This document shows, piece after piece, positions 13,685-26,700 of a DNA stretch of 64,000 bases. Numbering within the stretch: the stretch's first letter is position 1; every line of letters begins with the position of its first letter. The notes below the pieces were generated by a model that ran no database searches, was not told where the DNA came from, and saw only the letters and a program-made list of their open reading frames with translations. This stretch comes from Macrostomum lignano (Eukaryota): contig NIVC01000181.1 in the NCBI GenBank assembly GCA_002269645.1, positions 213,693 through 277,692 of the forward strand, given 5' to 3'. The translations under genes were made by a program, and so were the position numbers.

Positions 13685-15907
13685 TGGAACTCTAGCCTAG
13701 CCATTGCCCCTAATTTAATTGCTTGGCAAAGAGTATCTTACAAAAAATGTTTTTTTTTTATTTGCTAGGGCCTACCCCTTTTGTTTTGTTGCATGCATAT
13801 TTGTAGGTCACAGGAACAACACATCACTGGCTGAAGACTCTTAGTCTTAGGCTAGTCCTTAATCCTTAATTGGGCTAGCCGCTAGTTAGCTTTTATTTAA
13901 GTTCAACCTACACTAGGCCTACACTAGTGGGGCACAAATTTAGATTAGGACTAACAAATTTAGATTTGGTACAGGATACAATTACAAATACAATTACGAT
14001 AAATGGATTAGGCCCTGATACTATACTATTATTAGCTTAGGGTCTGTTATGTAATACAAATAGTATGGAAGTCTATAATGAAGTGCGCCACGCCACACCA
14101 CGGTACCTCCATTATGGCATGGGTCCTCTTACCTCCTCTTTCTTTCTCTTACCGGCTCATTAAAAATGGACAAAAAAGCTAGGAAAATATAAGTATATAA
14201 ACTTGTAGGAATACTACCTTACTAGTCCTGCTAGCTAGTGCTGGGCGCTGGCCCATAAATTATCAAATCAAACATGTCGAAGACGTTCAAGGTGTTGGCA
14301 TAGAGGCTTTTCATATTACCAATTCCAGAATCAGAATCGGTTCGGATCTTCCAAGAAAAACAGCAGTATAACTATTTAATTCTGTTGAATGTTTGACTGC
14401 CTTAACAACCTCACTTACCACAATTTTTCAATTTCTTCTTGGCGATTTTCATTCAATAATAAAAACTTTATAGCAAGTATCTCCCTCTAGTTATGGAGAC
14501 AAAAATTTATACCTCACAAATTGGTTCTGGTTCTGGAACCAGAACAAGCGAAAAGGCCCATACTATTATTTCCTATAGTATCGCAATGTACAATTGCATC
14601 ACTTTTCCTGCTCGTCGTTATCAACTCAAAGCTTTTATTCCCATTTTGCTTGATGTACGGTTACTTAAAAATTTTTTGACTTTAACAGTATGTGCTTTTA
14701 TTTTGGTATTATTAGGTAACTCAGAAGCATAAGCTTTGTTTTTTCTCGTTAAACTACGAACAAAATTAAATGACCTGTTTTCATAGAAATGCACTTATCA
14801 GCTAGCTGCTAGCCATTGCCACACCATCATGCATGGGTCTGTGTGTTGTTCTATATATGGCGGCGTAGAAGCAAAATACAAGGGCAGTAAAAAATCCCCC
14901 CTTCAGGGAGGACATGTCCCCTGGTATCCCAGAAAGGGGGGAGGAATTTTTTAACTGTGTGTTTCTCCATTTTCTCCATGGTGGGAATCCTGGCTACGCG
15001 CCTGCTATATACAATACTGCCAGTACTGGTAACCTAGTCTTAAGCAGCTTAAGCCTAATATTTGAAAAAAACAGAAAATTTCCATAACAATGACCAGCTT
15101 TAAATTTAAAATCAAGGACTATTTGTGCGCGTGGTGGAGGGGTGCCTTCGTACACAATCATACGAGTATGATTGACACCATACTTTCCTAGCCTAGCTGA
15201 TAGTGAGTTCTGCCTATATGTATAAATGCAAATCAATATACTAAAACAAGATCAAGGGTCAGTTCGTTTGTTTTTCTCTTTATATATAGCTCGACCTTAC
15301 ATTATATTGTGACTTTATTTTATATTTTTAATACAATCAATATTGTCCAAGTCTAGAATAAATTCCAAGCCAGTCTGAGCTCAGTGAAGCAAAATCCCAA
15401 TTCTCGTATTCCAATACATTGCCAAAATATTCTTTTAACAAAAAAACTTGAACATCTAGTATATTTTTCAAATAAGTACTTTGCTTTGTATTATAAATAT
15501 TAAAAACACTTTTTGTGGGTTTATAATGCCTTTCAGCAGCTAACTCATTGGCTATAATCAAATAATGAGTAATTATTCTATTCTATTCTTTTAAAAAATT
15601 ATTTCTTCTCTTACCCTTTTTATAATTTTAAAAACATTCCTATATAGTAATACCTTGAATAGCCTAGATTTATCTACTGTTTGTTCTTATTAACTTGCCC
15701 TAAAAGCATCATTTTAGCTTTGAAAATTTCATGTATAGTGTTTTCTTAGTGTCTTTGTTAAAATCTATACTTATATATAATCTTTAATTTATAACTGTAT
15801 CTTGAAAACTATCCAAGCCAAAAAATCAAAGCCTCTTCTTTACCCTTGTCATTTCCATAGCCAACAAGCTGTTCCATTCTCTTCTGCAAAGCAGTTGAAG
15901 CCAGGAA

Positions 15908-18687
15908 ATGAGCAGCTTCGATTCGGCCAGTGGCCTAGTCATATTTAATGTTGGTGGGCGGCGGCACCAGGTGTTCTTGCAGACTCTCGCGCCCTGGCCT
16001 GAGAGCCTCCTGTGCCGTCTGGCCCGCGGCCAGCTGCGCAGCATTGCTGACTCTGATGGCGCCGTGTGCATCGACCGGGATCCCGACACCTTCGGCTTGG
16101 TGCTCAACTTTCTGCGCTATCGACGCTCACCTCTGGACATTGAATCTGTTGGATCGGCCAAATTTCATCTGCTGCTAGAAGACAGCGACTTCTATTGCCT
16201 GCCTGAACTGCGAAACTGCCTGCTGCAGCTAAGAGAAACTGCCGAATCTGCTGAGACTGCAAAAGCTTCATCAACTGAGGCAAATATCAGCTTGGAGTCC
16301 TGTGCAGATGAGCAGAGTGAGTGCTCTGTGGTTCGGGCTGACCGATTGTCACTAAGCCACATGCGAGGGATTTCCCAAGGTCATTTGTTAGATAAACTAA
16401 GCCACATGTGAGGGATTTCCCAAGGTCATTTGTTAGATAAACTAAGCCACATGCGAGGGATCTCCCAAGGTCATTTGTTAGATAAACTACGAGTAATTAA
16501 GCCACGTGAGGGATTTCGCAATGTCATTTGTTAGATAAACTAAGCCACATGTGAGGGAGTTCCCAAGGTCATTTGTTAGATAAACTAAGCCACATGTGAG
16601 GGATTTCCCAAAGTCATTTGTTAGATAAACTAAGCCACATGCGAGGGATTTCCCAAGGTCGTTTTTTAGATAAACTAAGCCACATGTGAGGGAGTTCCCA
16701 AGGTCATTTGTTAGATAAACTAAGCCACATGTGAGGGATTTCCCAAGGTCATTTGTTAGATAAACTAAGCCACATGTGAGGGATTTCCCAAGGTCATTTG
16801 TTAGATAAACTAAGCCACATGCGAGGGATTTCCCAAGGTCGTTTTTTAGATAAACTAAGCCACATGTGAGGGAGTTCCCAAGGTCATTTGTTAGATAAAC
16901 TAAGCCACATGTGAGGGATTTCCCAAGGTCATTTGTTAGATAAACTAAGCCACATGTGAGGGAGTTCCCAAGGTCATTTGTTAGATAAACTAAGCCACAT
17001 GCGAGGGATTTCCCAAGGTCGTTTTTTTAGATAAACTTAGCCACATGTGAGGGATTTCCCAAGGTCATTTGTTAGATAAACTAAGCCACATGTGAGGGAG
17101 TTCCCAAGGTCATTTTTTAGATAAACTAAGCCACATGCGAGGGATTTCCCAAGGTCATTTGTTAGATAAACTAAGCCACATGCGAGGGATTTCCCAAGGT
17201 CATTTGTTAGATAAACTAAGCCACATGCGAGGGATTTCCCAAGGTCATTTTTTAGATAAACTAAGCCACATGCGAGGGATTTCCCAAGGTCATTTGTTAG
17301 ATAAACTAAGCCACATGTGAGGGAGTTCCCAAGGTCATTTTTTAGATAAACTAAGCCACATGCGAGGGATTTCCCAAGGTCATTTGTTAGATAAACTAAG
17401 CCACATGTGAGGGATTAAAAAGAGTTAGGCAGACAGCTCGGCACGAAGACAGTCAGCCAGCCTTCAATCGAGCAATCCTCCCAACTCCCCACCTCCGCAG
17501 GCTCGTCTGACGCCGCCAATCCAGCAGGCTCGCTGATAACGCTGGACGTAGGCGGCACCCGCTACTCAACCTCCTTGTCTACCCTGACCCGCTACCCCGA
17601 CTCCATGCTTGGCGCCATGTTCTCCGATCGATTTCGATTGAATAATCCGGCCGCAATCGATCGCGACGGCAATCTGTTTCGTCACGTGTTGAACTTTCTT
17701 AGAAACGGCCGCCTCAGCCTGCCGGACGGATTTGCCGAGGGCGAGGCGCTGCTAGTCGAGGCGGAATTCTATCAGATCCAGCCGCTGGTGCAGCAGCTCC
17801 GCGATTGGCTGGGTGGCTACGCGGCCAGCCGGGCCAAAGGCGTCTATTTGGAAGTGAGTGGAACCGGACAAAATTTGTGGAAATTCATTTGTGGTGCAAT
17901 CCATTATATTTGACTTGATTATCATGAGGAACTTTAGGAATCACCCGGCCGTTTTTTACTGGCAGCACACGGACTGCTCCGTCACGTGACCGCTCTCAGC
18001 CAATTAGAGTTGCTCCTAGTTGTAGGCAATTTTGTCACGTGACCGCTCTCGGCCAATTAGAAATGGGCCTGTTTCTGTTTGTGGGCTAATGTTGTCTGTC
18101 ACGTGACCGCTCTCGGCCAATTAGAAGTGGGTCTGGATGTGGTCTAATGTCACGTGACCGCCTTGGGCTAATTAGAAATAGGCCTGGGTGTGCGCTAAGG
18201 TGTTCACATGACTGCAGCGGTGTACCAAATTAAGAACAATCGTGAATAACCGGCAGTGCCACCTCCGCGCCTGCAGGTGAAGGACAATGTAGTCTGCTTT
18301 CGCGGCTTTCACATCACCACCAGCCTGACCGGGCCGCTGGCCTATCTGAAATCCGTGCCCCCATTTGACACCGAACTCGCCCGCCTCACCCAGCCAGCGC
18401 CGATGCTCAGCCAGTTCTGCGCCCCGCTGCCATTCTACACCGCCTGGGTGAAGGGCAGCATGGAGGAGGTGTACCTGAACTCAGATGCCAGCAAGAGCCG
18501 GCTTGAATGGGCCTCGCTGCTGCGTGCTACTGGCTGGCGACTCTGCAGCACATCCAGCTGCTGCAGTTCCAGCTCTGATCAGACTTTTATTGTTGTTGAT
18601 AAATGGTTTTTACCGTCTGAGCAGCTCTATAACAGCATATTTCTGCAGGGCGGCGACGGGGCTGGGCAGCAGCAGTCTATGGGCTAA
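15908..18687 (+). CDS. KCTD-family protein with two T1-type BTB/POZ domains; exons 15908-16316, 17501-17853, 18277-18687; about 390 aa
   Basis: BTB1: VIFNVGG...IDRDPDTFGLVLNFLR...DFYCL. BTB2: LITLDVGGTRYSTSLSTLTRYPDSMLGAMFS...IDRDGNLFRHVLNFLRNG...EAEFYQIQPL. GTGAGT donors at 16317 and 17854; CAG acceptors; phases join (1, 0). Confidence 0.88.
16351..17415. repeat. 45-bp minisatellite in KCTD intron 1
   Basis: Unit TAAGCCACATGTGAGGGATTTCCCAAGGTCATTTGTTAGATAAAC. Confidence 0.96.
17981..18230. promoter_or_regulatory. Array of GTCACGTGAC (E-box/CLEAR-like) plus CCAAT composite motifs in KCTD intron 2
   Basis: Exact GTCACGTGAC at 17981, 18034, 18098 and 18149, with a degenerate copy near 18203. 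Each exact copy is followed by CGCTCTC(A/G)GCCAATTAG or a variant. Function not shown. Confidence 0.5.
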
Positions 18688-18971
18688 CCCTAGGCAGGCT
18701 GAGTGCCAGTGCCCACCCTCAATGCACAGGGTGTGTACACGTCTGACGATGAGAAAGTCAGGGCCGCTGTACACCCCCGTGTGCGTGATCAGGAGTCAGC
18801 AGAATGAGCATGACTGCTTGTAATATTTACCAGTATTAACCGTTAAAGATTGCAATTCTACAGAGTTATCTATCGAAAAATCACGAAAAACTTTATCAAG
18901 GTCATCTGTTAGTTATAGTATTATCTAGCAAAAGACTCCTTAAATTTGCTCGTTTGAGAGACTAGTTACTT

Positions 18972-19230
18972 GTGAGGAGTTTCCCAAGGTCATTTGTTAG
19001 ATAAACATAGCCACATGGGAGGGATTTCCCAAGGTCATTTGTTAGATAAACATAGCCACATGTGAGGGATTTCCCAAGGTCATTTGTTAGATAAACATAG
19101 CCACATGTGAGGGATTTCCCAAGGTCGTTTGTTAGATAAACATAGCTACAGGTGAGAGATTTCCCAAGGTCGTTTGTTAGATAAACATAGCCACATGTGA
19201 GAGATTTCCCAAGGTCATTTGTTAGATATA
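18972..19230. repeat. Second cluster of the 45-bp KCTD minisatellite, 3' of the gene
   Basis: Same core GATTTCCCAAGGTCATTTGTTAGATAAAC, with ATAGCC in place of TAAGCC. Confidence 0.92.
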
Positions 19231-20009
19231 CTACTAAGCGCTTAATGATGGATTCCTCAAGGCCACCCGTTTGAAGGATAACTCTTACTGTTAAACCCTA
19301 AAACGAACATTTATTAAGAAAATTTCCCTCTGAAGTAAAATTTCTCAAGGTCATCCAAGACATGCGTTTTATTCTGATGACAAAAAAATAAAGACATTCC
19401 ATATGCTCCAGAATAAGTTTTGTAAGTATCCTTTTGCGATTTTGAAATATTTTTGTTAATGCTTTTGATGCTTTTGAAAAAATCTCACCTTTTCAACTTT
19501 TGCTTATTTGCTCTAGGTAATTCTCCTCTATTCTGCTTACTCACAGTAGTGCAATATGCAATTCAAAGGTCTTGGAATTTAAGCAAGACTATTTAGTATT
19601 TTTGTAAATACAGTTACTAAAATAAAACTGTGATGAATCCTGAACTACAACACAGCATTCACAGCAACAAAGCTGGTTGATAATGGAATTTATGCATTAA
19701 CTATAAATCTTGTTCACACGGTATCATAAGCGAGTTTAATTTTATTAGTGTATCAGAGTTCATCTACTGATAAGTAGAAAGTGTAGAGTGTGGCGCGAAA
19801 AGCTTGCATGGCGGGCAAAGAAATGACGCCACGCAAGAGCGCAGAGTAGAAGTAGGAGTTCTGTGCAGACTTGGGAGTTAAGCCTTGGGCGGACCAGCCG
19901 CCCGAGTTCGATTCCCTTTCAGCTAGCTGATGACAAACTGGCTTTAAGTTTAAAATATTTGTTTAGGATAAATGTACGTTTAAAGCTTGTGGGTTTCGAG
20001 ATTGTTAAA

Positions 20010-20435
20010 TTACTAGTTTGTGGAATTTCAGAGCTTGTTGGATTACTAGTTTATGAATTTCAGAGCTTATTGAATTACTAGTTTGTGGAATTTCAGAGCT
20101 TGTTGAGTTACTAGTTTGTGGTATTTCAGAGCTTGTTGAATTACTAGTTTGTGGAATTTCAGAGCTTGTTGAATTACTAGTTTGTGGAATTTCAGAGCTT
20201 GTTGAGTTCTAGGAGCTTGTGGAATTTTAGAGCTTGTGGAGTTACTACCTAAGGTAGTTTGTGGAAATTCAGAGCTTGTTGATTTCTAGGGCTTGTTGAA
20301 TTACTTGTTTGTGGAATTTCAGGGCTGGACTTTAAGAGGTTGTGGAATTTCAGGGCTGGACTTTAAGAGGTTGTGGAATTTCAGGGCTGGACTTTTAGAG
20401 GTTGTGGAATTTCACAGCTTGTAGAATTTCAGAGC
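20010..20435. repeat. About 33-bp degenerate minisatellite
   Basis: Unit TAGTTTGTGGAATTTCAGAGCTTGTTGAATTAC. Confidence 0.85.
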
Positions 20436-20568
20436 TTATAAACTTGTATTTTATGAGTTCTATGATATTTGATGATCGAGGACATGAAAGTTACCTCACT
20501 GTCTACCTAATTCATCAGGACTTCCCGTTCTAAATCAATCATTAACGCATTAACACAAAAAGCGACCG

Positions 20569-20717
20569 TTAATTTTGATTTCCCTCTGTAGCGCCGTTGC
20601 CATAGCCTTCCAGTCCGTTCCTGGCCAGGTAGTCTCGCAGCCACAGGGCCAGGTACTCAATTGGATCGCGGGGCCGGCGCAGGGCCACCTCGGCTACGCC
20701 CAGAGACAGGGCCTTGG
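20569..20717 (-). CDS. Terminal exon of the cyclase encoding a Dpy-30-like motif (absent from the ORF track)
   Basis: Translates (A)[54 protein letters not shown] acceptor at 20718 matches the phase-1 GTGAGT donor at 21425. Confidence 0.8.
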
Positions 20718-23700
20718 CTGCAGTGGGGAGTGAGGTTGTTGCAGCTTTTACTATAGAAATAGTCTATCTGCGATAGTCAATGAGTAGGATGAACTTTTCA
20801 AGTTTACTACTGTGCTCTCGATGTCTTTATCTCCGTCTCAAACTGTCTATCTCATTTTTACTAGCTAAGCTGCCCCTTCTCCTTCGCTAATCTAGCCTCA
20901 CTCCTTCTCACTCTTCCCCTCTCCCTCTCACTCTTCCTCAGTTCCTCTCACTCTTCTCCTCTCCCTCTCACTCTTCCTCAGTTCCTCTCACTCTTCCTCA
21001 GTTCCTCTCACTCTTCCTCAGTTCCTCTCACTCTTCCTCAGTTCCTCTCACTCTTCCTCAGTTCCTCTCACTCTTCCTCAGTTCCTCTCACTCTTCCTCA
21101 GTTCCTCTCACTCTTCCCCTCTCCCTCTCACTCTTCCTCAGTTCCTCTCACTCTTCCCCTCTCCCTCTCACTCTTCCTCAGTTCCTCTCACTCTTCCTCA
21201 GTTCCTCTCACTCTTCCTCAGTTCCTCTCACTCTTCCTCAGTTCCTCTCACTCTTCACTCTCTCACCCTTCCCCTTTCCAATTCACCCTCCCCCTCTCCA
21301 TCTCACCCTTGCGGTCTCTTTACTCGTCTCCAACTGCATACGAGTATTGAGCCCTCCCTTGCGTTCTCTATAAGATTCAGTAGAATAAGGAAGCTGAGCT
21401 TTATCAAACAACGTTTCCCACTCACCCACGGCTCTGAGCTCCCACGGGAAGCTGCGGTAGCGCATGTCCACGGCTGCGGCGGCGGCCTGAGGCGGCGCTT
21501 CCGGCTGCACAAGCAGCGGTCTGGCCGCTTCCGCTCGGCGCAGTCGGCGCGGAAAACTGCGCGACATCAACAGCAAAGAAGAGGACGGTGTCGTTGCCGA
21601 TGATGGAGGCTGAGGAGGCGGCGGCAGCGTCGATGGAAGATGAAACTTCACTTGCTTTGCACCACCACTTGCCGCAGCCTCTTCTGCCACAGCTGCTTCG
21701 GCTTCATCAGCAAATTCGGGGTTCTGCTCATCGCTGCAGATGCTTTTGATCTCCGTCAGGGTGCCGCTGCTGCCGCCTCCGATGCCACCGCCTTCGGACT
21801 GGCACCGGCTGACGTCCTCGGCTGACGAGGACGACGAATCGTCTAGGACTCCTGGAATGGAAATCGACACGGAGGAGGCCCTGCCGCCGACGTCGCCAGT
21901 CTGAAAGCTCCTGCTCCGGCGATGTCGGCGGCACAGTCGGCGAGGTCCCCGGATGTCGCTGACCGGCGGCCGCAGCAGGTGGCGGCACCGGCTGCCCGTT
22001 CGGCCACTGCAGCTGAGCGTGGCCGCCTCCGCGTCCGAGTCGCTGTCCGAATCGCCCGCGGCGGCCACCTCTCGGCGAATTCGCTGCAGAGTCTGACTGG
22101 CCGAGGCCGTGGTCGTGTTGTCCGTGTTCTCGTCCGAGCTCTCGTCCAGCTTGTTGCGGTCGATATCCAGCCACTCCGTCAGCTGCTGGTACTCCAGGTT
22201 CGACTGAAGGTGGAGTGCGCGTTCGTCCTTGGCGTCACTCAGCTAATCCATCCGTCACTCAGCTAATCCATCTGTCACTCAGCTAATCCATCTGTCACTC
22301 AGTTAATCTATCTGTCACTCAGCTAATCCATCTGTCACTCAGTTAATCTATCTGTCACTCAGCTAATCCATCTGTCACTCAGTTAATTCCTTTATAGACA
22401 GTCGTGCTCACCTTGCCGGACCTGCCCAGCAGGTAATAGGTAACCATACGACCCTTGCCCTTCACGTGTACCGGCTCCCTCTGTTCAACCTCGTACGGGA
22501 AGTCGTCGATGCAGCGTTGGAAGCTGGCGCTGATGTGCACGGAGTCCGGCCGGCCGCAGGTCATCATTCTGGAGGCCACGTTGACCGTGTCGCCGAACAG
22601 GCAGTAACGGGGCGTCATCAGGCCGACCACGCCAGCCACAATGCTGCCGGAGTGACAGCCCACCTGAATGCGCAGCGGCTCGACCGCGGCCGTATCGGCC
22701 GCTCCGGTCGGCGAGGAGTCGCCGGACGGCCGAACAATCCGGTGCGCCTCGGCCAGCATGTCCAGAGCCATCTCGGCGATGTGCGCCGCGTGGTAAGGCG
22801 TGGCCCGCGGCGCGCCCGACATCAGCATGTACGAGTCACCGATGGTTTCCACCTGTTGAGTTTGCGATGGGGATGCAATGATGCGGTCCAGTTTTCATCG
22901 TTCGGAGACACAATGATGCGGTCCAGTTTTCTTCATTTGGACACACAATGATGCGGTCCAGTTTGCATCATTCGGAGACACAATGATGCGGTCCAGTTTT
23001 CATCGTTCGGAGACACAATGATGCTGTCCAGTTTGCATCATTTTGACACACAATGATGCGGTCCAGTTTTCTTCATTTGGACACACAATGATGCGGTCCA
23101 GTTTGCATCATTCGGAGACACAATGATGCGGTCCAGTTTTCATAATTCAGAGACACAATGATGCGGTCCAGTTTTCTTAATTCAGAGACACAATGATGCG
23201 GTCCAGTTTTCATAATTCGGTGACACAATGATGCGGTCCAGTTTTCGTCATTCGGAGACACAATGATGCGGTCCAGTTTTCATAATTCAGAGACACAATG
23301 ATGCGGTCCAGTTTTCGTCATTCGGAGACACAATGATGCTGTCCAGTTTGCATCATTTTGACACACAATGATGCGGTCCAGTTTTCGTCATTCGGATACT
23401 AAATTAAGAAGTCTTACCTTGTACACCTGGTGCTTCTCGAGTCGCATGTCGAACCTGGTGTACATGGTGTTGAGCAGATTGACAATGTCGGTCACAGATA
23501 GCTGGCGGCAGATCTCCTGGAAGTCGACCACTTTGCTGAAGCAGATGCTCACGCTTTCGTGGGTCTGAGGAGAATGATTTATTTTAAGTTTAGCTTGAAT
23601 AATGGATTAGGTGGTGATTGTAGCAGATTTTATGAAGATTTTCAGGGATCAAATCTTGGTGGGAGAATCTCAAAGGATCAAGTCTCAATGGGAGAATATC

Positions 23701-26700
23701 AGAGGATCAAGTCTCAATGGGAGAATCTCAGAGGATCAAGTCTCAATGGGAGAATCTCAGAGGATCAAGTCTCAATGGGAGAATCCCAGAGGATCAAGTC
23801 TCAATGGGAGAATATCAGAGGATCAAGTCTCGGTAAGAGAATCTCAGAGGATCAAGTCTCAATAGGAGAATCCCAGAGGATCAAGTCTCAATGGGAGAAT
23901 ATCAGAGGATCAAGTCTCAATGGGAGAATCTCAGAGGATCAAGTCTCAATGGGAGAATCCCAAAGGATCAAGTCTCAATGGGAGAATCTCAGAGGATCAA
24001 GTCTCAATGGGAGAATCTCAGAGGATCAAGTCTCAATGGGAGAATATCAGAGTATCAAGTCTCAATGGGAGAATCTCAAAGGATCAAGTCTCAATGGGAG
24101 AATCTCAGAGGATCAAGTCTCAATGGGAGAATCTCAGAGGATCAAGTCTCAATGGGAGAATCTCAGAGGATCAAGTCTCAATGGGAGAATCCCAAAGGAT
24201 CAAGTCTCAATGGGAGAATATCAGAGTATCAAGTCTCAATGGGAGAATCTCAAAGGATCAAGTCTCAATGGGAGAATCTCAGAGGATCAAGTCTCAATGG
24301 GAGAATCTCAGAGGATCAAGTCTCAATGGGAGAATCTCAAAGGATCAAGTCTCGGTGGGAGAACCTACATATGCCTAGTGCCACAGAGTACTGAAGTCTG
24401 AGGAGATCTGAACTTTTCATTGCAAAGGCAATTAATCTACCTGTCAGATCAACATCATAAAAATGTGGCGGTGTCTTTTTGTCTGTGACATTCTCGTGCC
24501 TGCCGTAATTAGAGCGTCACATTCTGTGAAGTTAGATAAATAATTTTATCAGACTTTTAAGATTCAGGTATGAGAAGGCATTTAATTGAGACAGATCGGA
24601 TAGAACCAAAGATTTGCATGTCATCGTCTTCAAGGCTCTGCAGGTGCAATTATCGCAAAATTTTTGACCGCGCAGGGACATCAGGGCGGTGACCATGGCC
24701 CTCTCGGGTCATGGCTGTTTTGCCAGGCATCGCCACCTCCAGGGAAAATCCTCAGTGAGGCATCCCCTTTCTGCCTCTCCGGTGTCGAGAATGCGGAGCA
24801 CTTTATCTGTGAATGCCCCGCCTTTACTCAGGACAGGCTCTCCTACCTCGGCACCAACCCGGACCTCTCCGACGTTTTCAGGCCCCAGAATCTCTGCCAG
24901 CTCGTCCGCTACCTAAGGGCTACCGGGCGAGCGACAGTCCACCTCCTGGACTCTCCAGAGGGGGACCGCGCTGCGGACACCGGCACCACCGGAACTCCCT
25001 GCGCGACACCGCAGCTACCCGTGGTCGCCAGGGGTTAGCGAAATGGGCGGCAACGCCTCCTGGCTGCATCCGGAAGCACGGAGCCCCCTGCAGCTGAGTC
25101 AAGTAAGTCAAGCCCGCAACCCCCCCCCCCTACGAGTGCTGATTTAACGTGAGTGGAACTTTGAGGTCCGTGTGGTTTCGAAGACTGGAGCTTTGAGCAG
25201 GCTGCGCAATGCACCTTAATCGTAGTCATGGGATCGAGTCCTTTACGCAGTTTCCTGGCCACGGACTTCGGCAGGCATTCAAATAGAAGGCTGTCCGCCC
25301 GCTTCCTCTCTCGGTCCAGCTTCCGCATGCTCAGCTCCATCTGACGGGTCTGCTCTTGTTGCTGGAGACAGGAATTCGGGAATTCAAATTTAATAAATCA
25401 TCCATAACTAAACCACAGACACTTGAATAGCTGGATGGGCCACTCAGCACATCTGCGTGTAAACTACTTTCAGTTCAGTAGTCAGTTAAACAGAAGCATT
25501 TTATTGTATTTTTAAATGGCTCAATTTATTGGCTCTTACTCCAGCTTAAACTATCTAACTGCGCCTTTCCATACTACCCCCGCCGCCTCGTCCCAATTTT
25601 TATTGCCTTTCTCGGACTCCCAGCCTGAAGCTTCAGCTATGTACATTTCAGTGGACTGGCTAATGTACATTATTTCTGAACCAATTAGCGAGCTGTTTAC
25701 GTCTGCAAGCTTGGCTTCTAAACTTATCAGAGTAATTTCAGCTGCCTTGATTTTTATAAAATAAGCTTATGTATTCTTCTGTGCTACTGAACTGAAAGTA
25801 GAAAGCTGTTTTACTGTAAGTATATATGCCTGAGTGGCCCATCTAGTTATTCTAGTATCTGTGACCTCAACCAACGCCCAATCCATTTTTATTCACCTGT
25901 CTCAGCAGCTCAAACAGTTCCTCAGATTGCTGATCCCCTGCCAGAGTCAAATCCCGGCTGCAATCGTGAAGACTCAAGTCGTTCAGGTAGATGTTTTTCA
26001 GGGCCATTTCGTGCGTGTTCTTCACCCTGAAAATTAAACAGAAAATTTGCGAGTACAAACAGGACTCAACACTAGGCTTCCTCAACTCGTTTTGGAGGCT
26101 CTTAAGATTTTATAATCTGAATTCTACCACTGGAATCTCAAACCTACGACTGGAATCTCAAACCTACGACTGGAATCTCAAACCTACGACTGGAATCTCA
26201 AACCTACGACTGGAATCTCAAACCTACGACTGGAATCTCAAACCTACGACTGGAATCTCAAACCTACGACTGGAATCTCAAACCTACGACTGGAATCTCA
26301 AACCTACGACTGGAATCTCAAACCTACGACTGGAATCTCAAACCTACGACTGGAATCTCAAACCTACGACTGGAATCTCAAACCTACGACTGGAATCTCA
26401 AACCTACGACTGGAATCTCAAACCTACGACTGGAATCTCAAACCTACGACTGGAATTTCAAACCTACGACTGGAAGCTCAATCAAACTACTGGAATCTAT
26501 ATCTTACGACTGGAATCTTAATCCTACGATTGGAATCTATATCTTACGACTGGAATCTTAATCCTACGATTGGAATCTTAATCCTACGACTGGAATCTCA
26601 ACCCTACGACTGGAATCTCAATACTACTACTGGAATCTCAATCGTACAACTGGAATCTCAACCCTACGACTGGAATCTCAATACTACTACTGGAGTCTCA

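Noticed and set aside
14860-15002. GC-rich patch ending AATCCTGGCTACGCGCCTG as a small transposon
   Set aside because: Resembles termini of small invertebrate repeats, but no matching second end, TSD or second copy was found in the window.
19895-19920. GAGTTCGATTCCC B-box (and GGTTCGATTCC near 44755) as tRNA genes
   Set aside because: No cloverleaf or paired T-stem and no convincing A-box; at most SINE remnants.
21283-21425. ORF-track ending of the cyclase (...[11 protein letters not shown])
   Set aside because: A GTGAGT donor at 21425 joins in phase to the Dpy-30 exon, so this stretch is more likely intron.
22234-22387. 20-bp repeat as a tandemly duplicated splice acceptor
   Set aside because: The in-frame TAG at 22243 lacks a pyrimidine tract; CTCCACCTTCAG at 22204 is a better in-phase acceptor.
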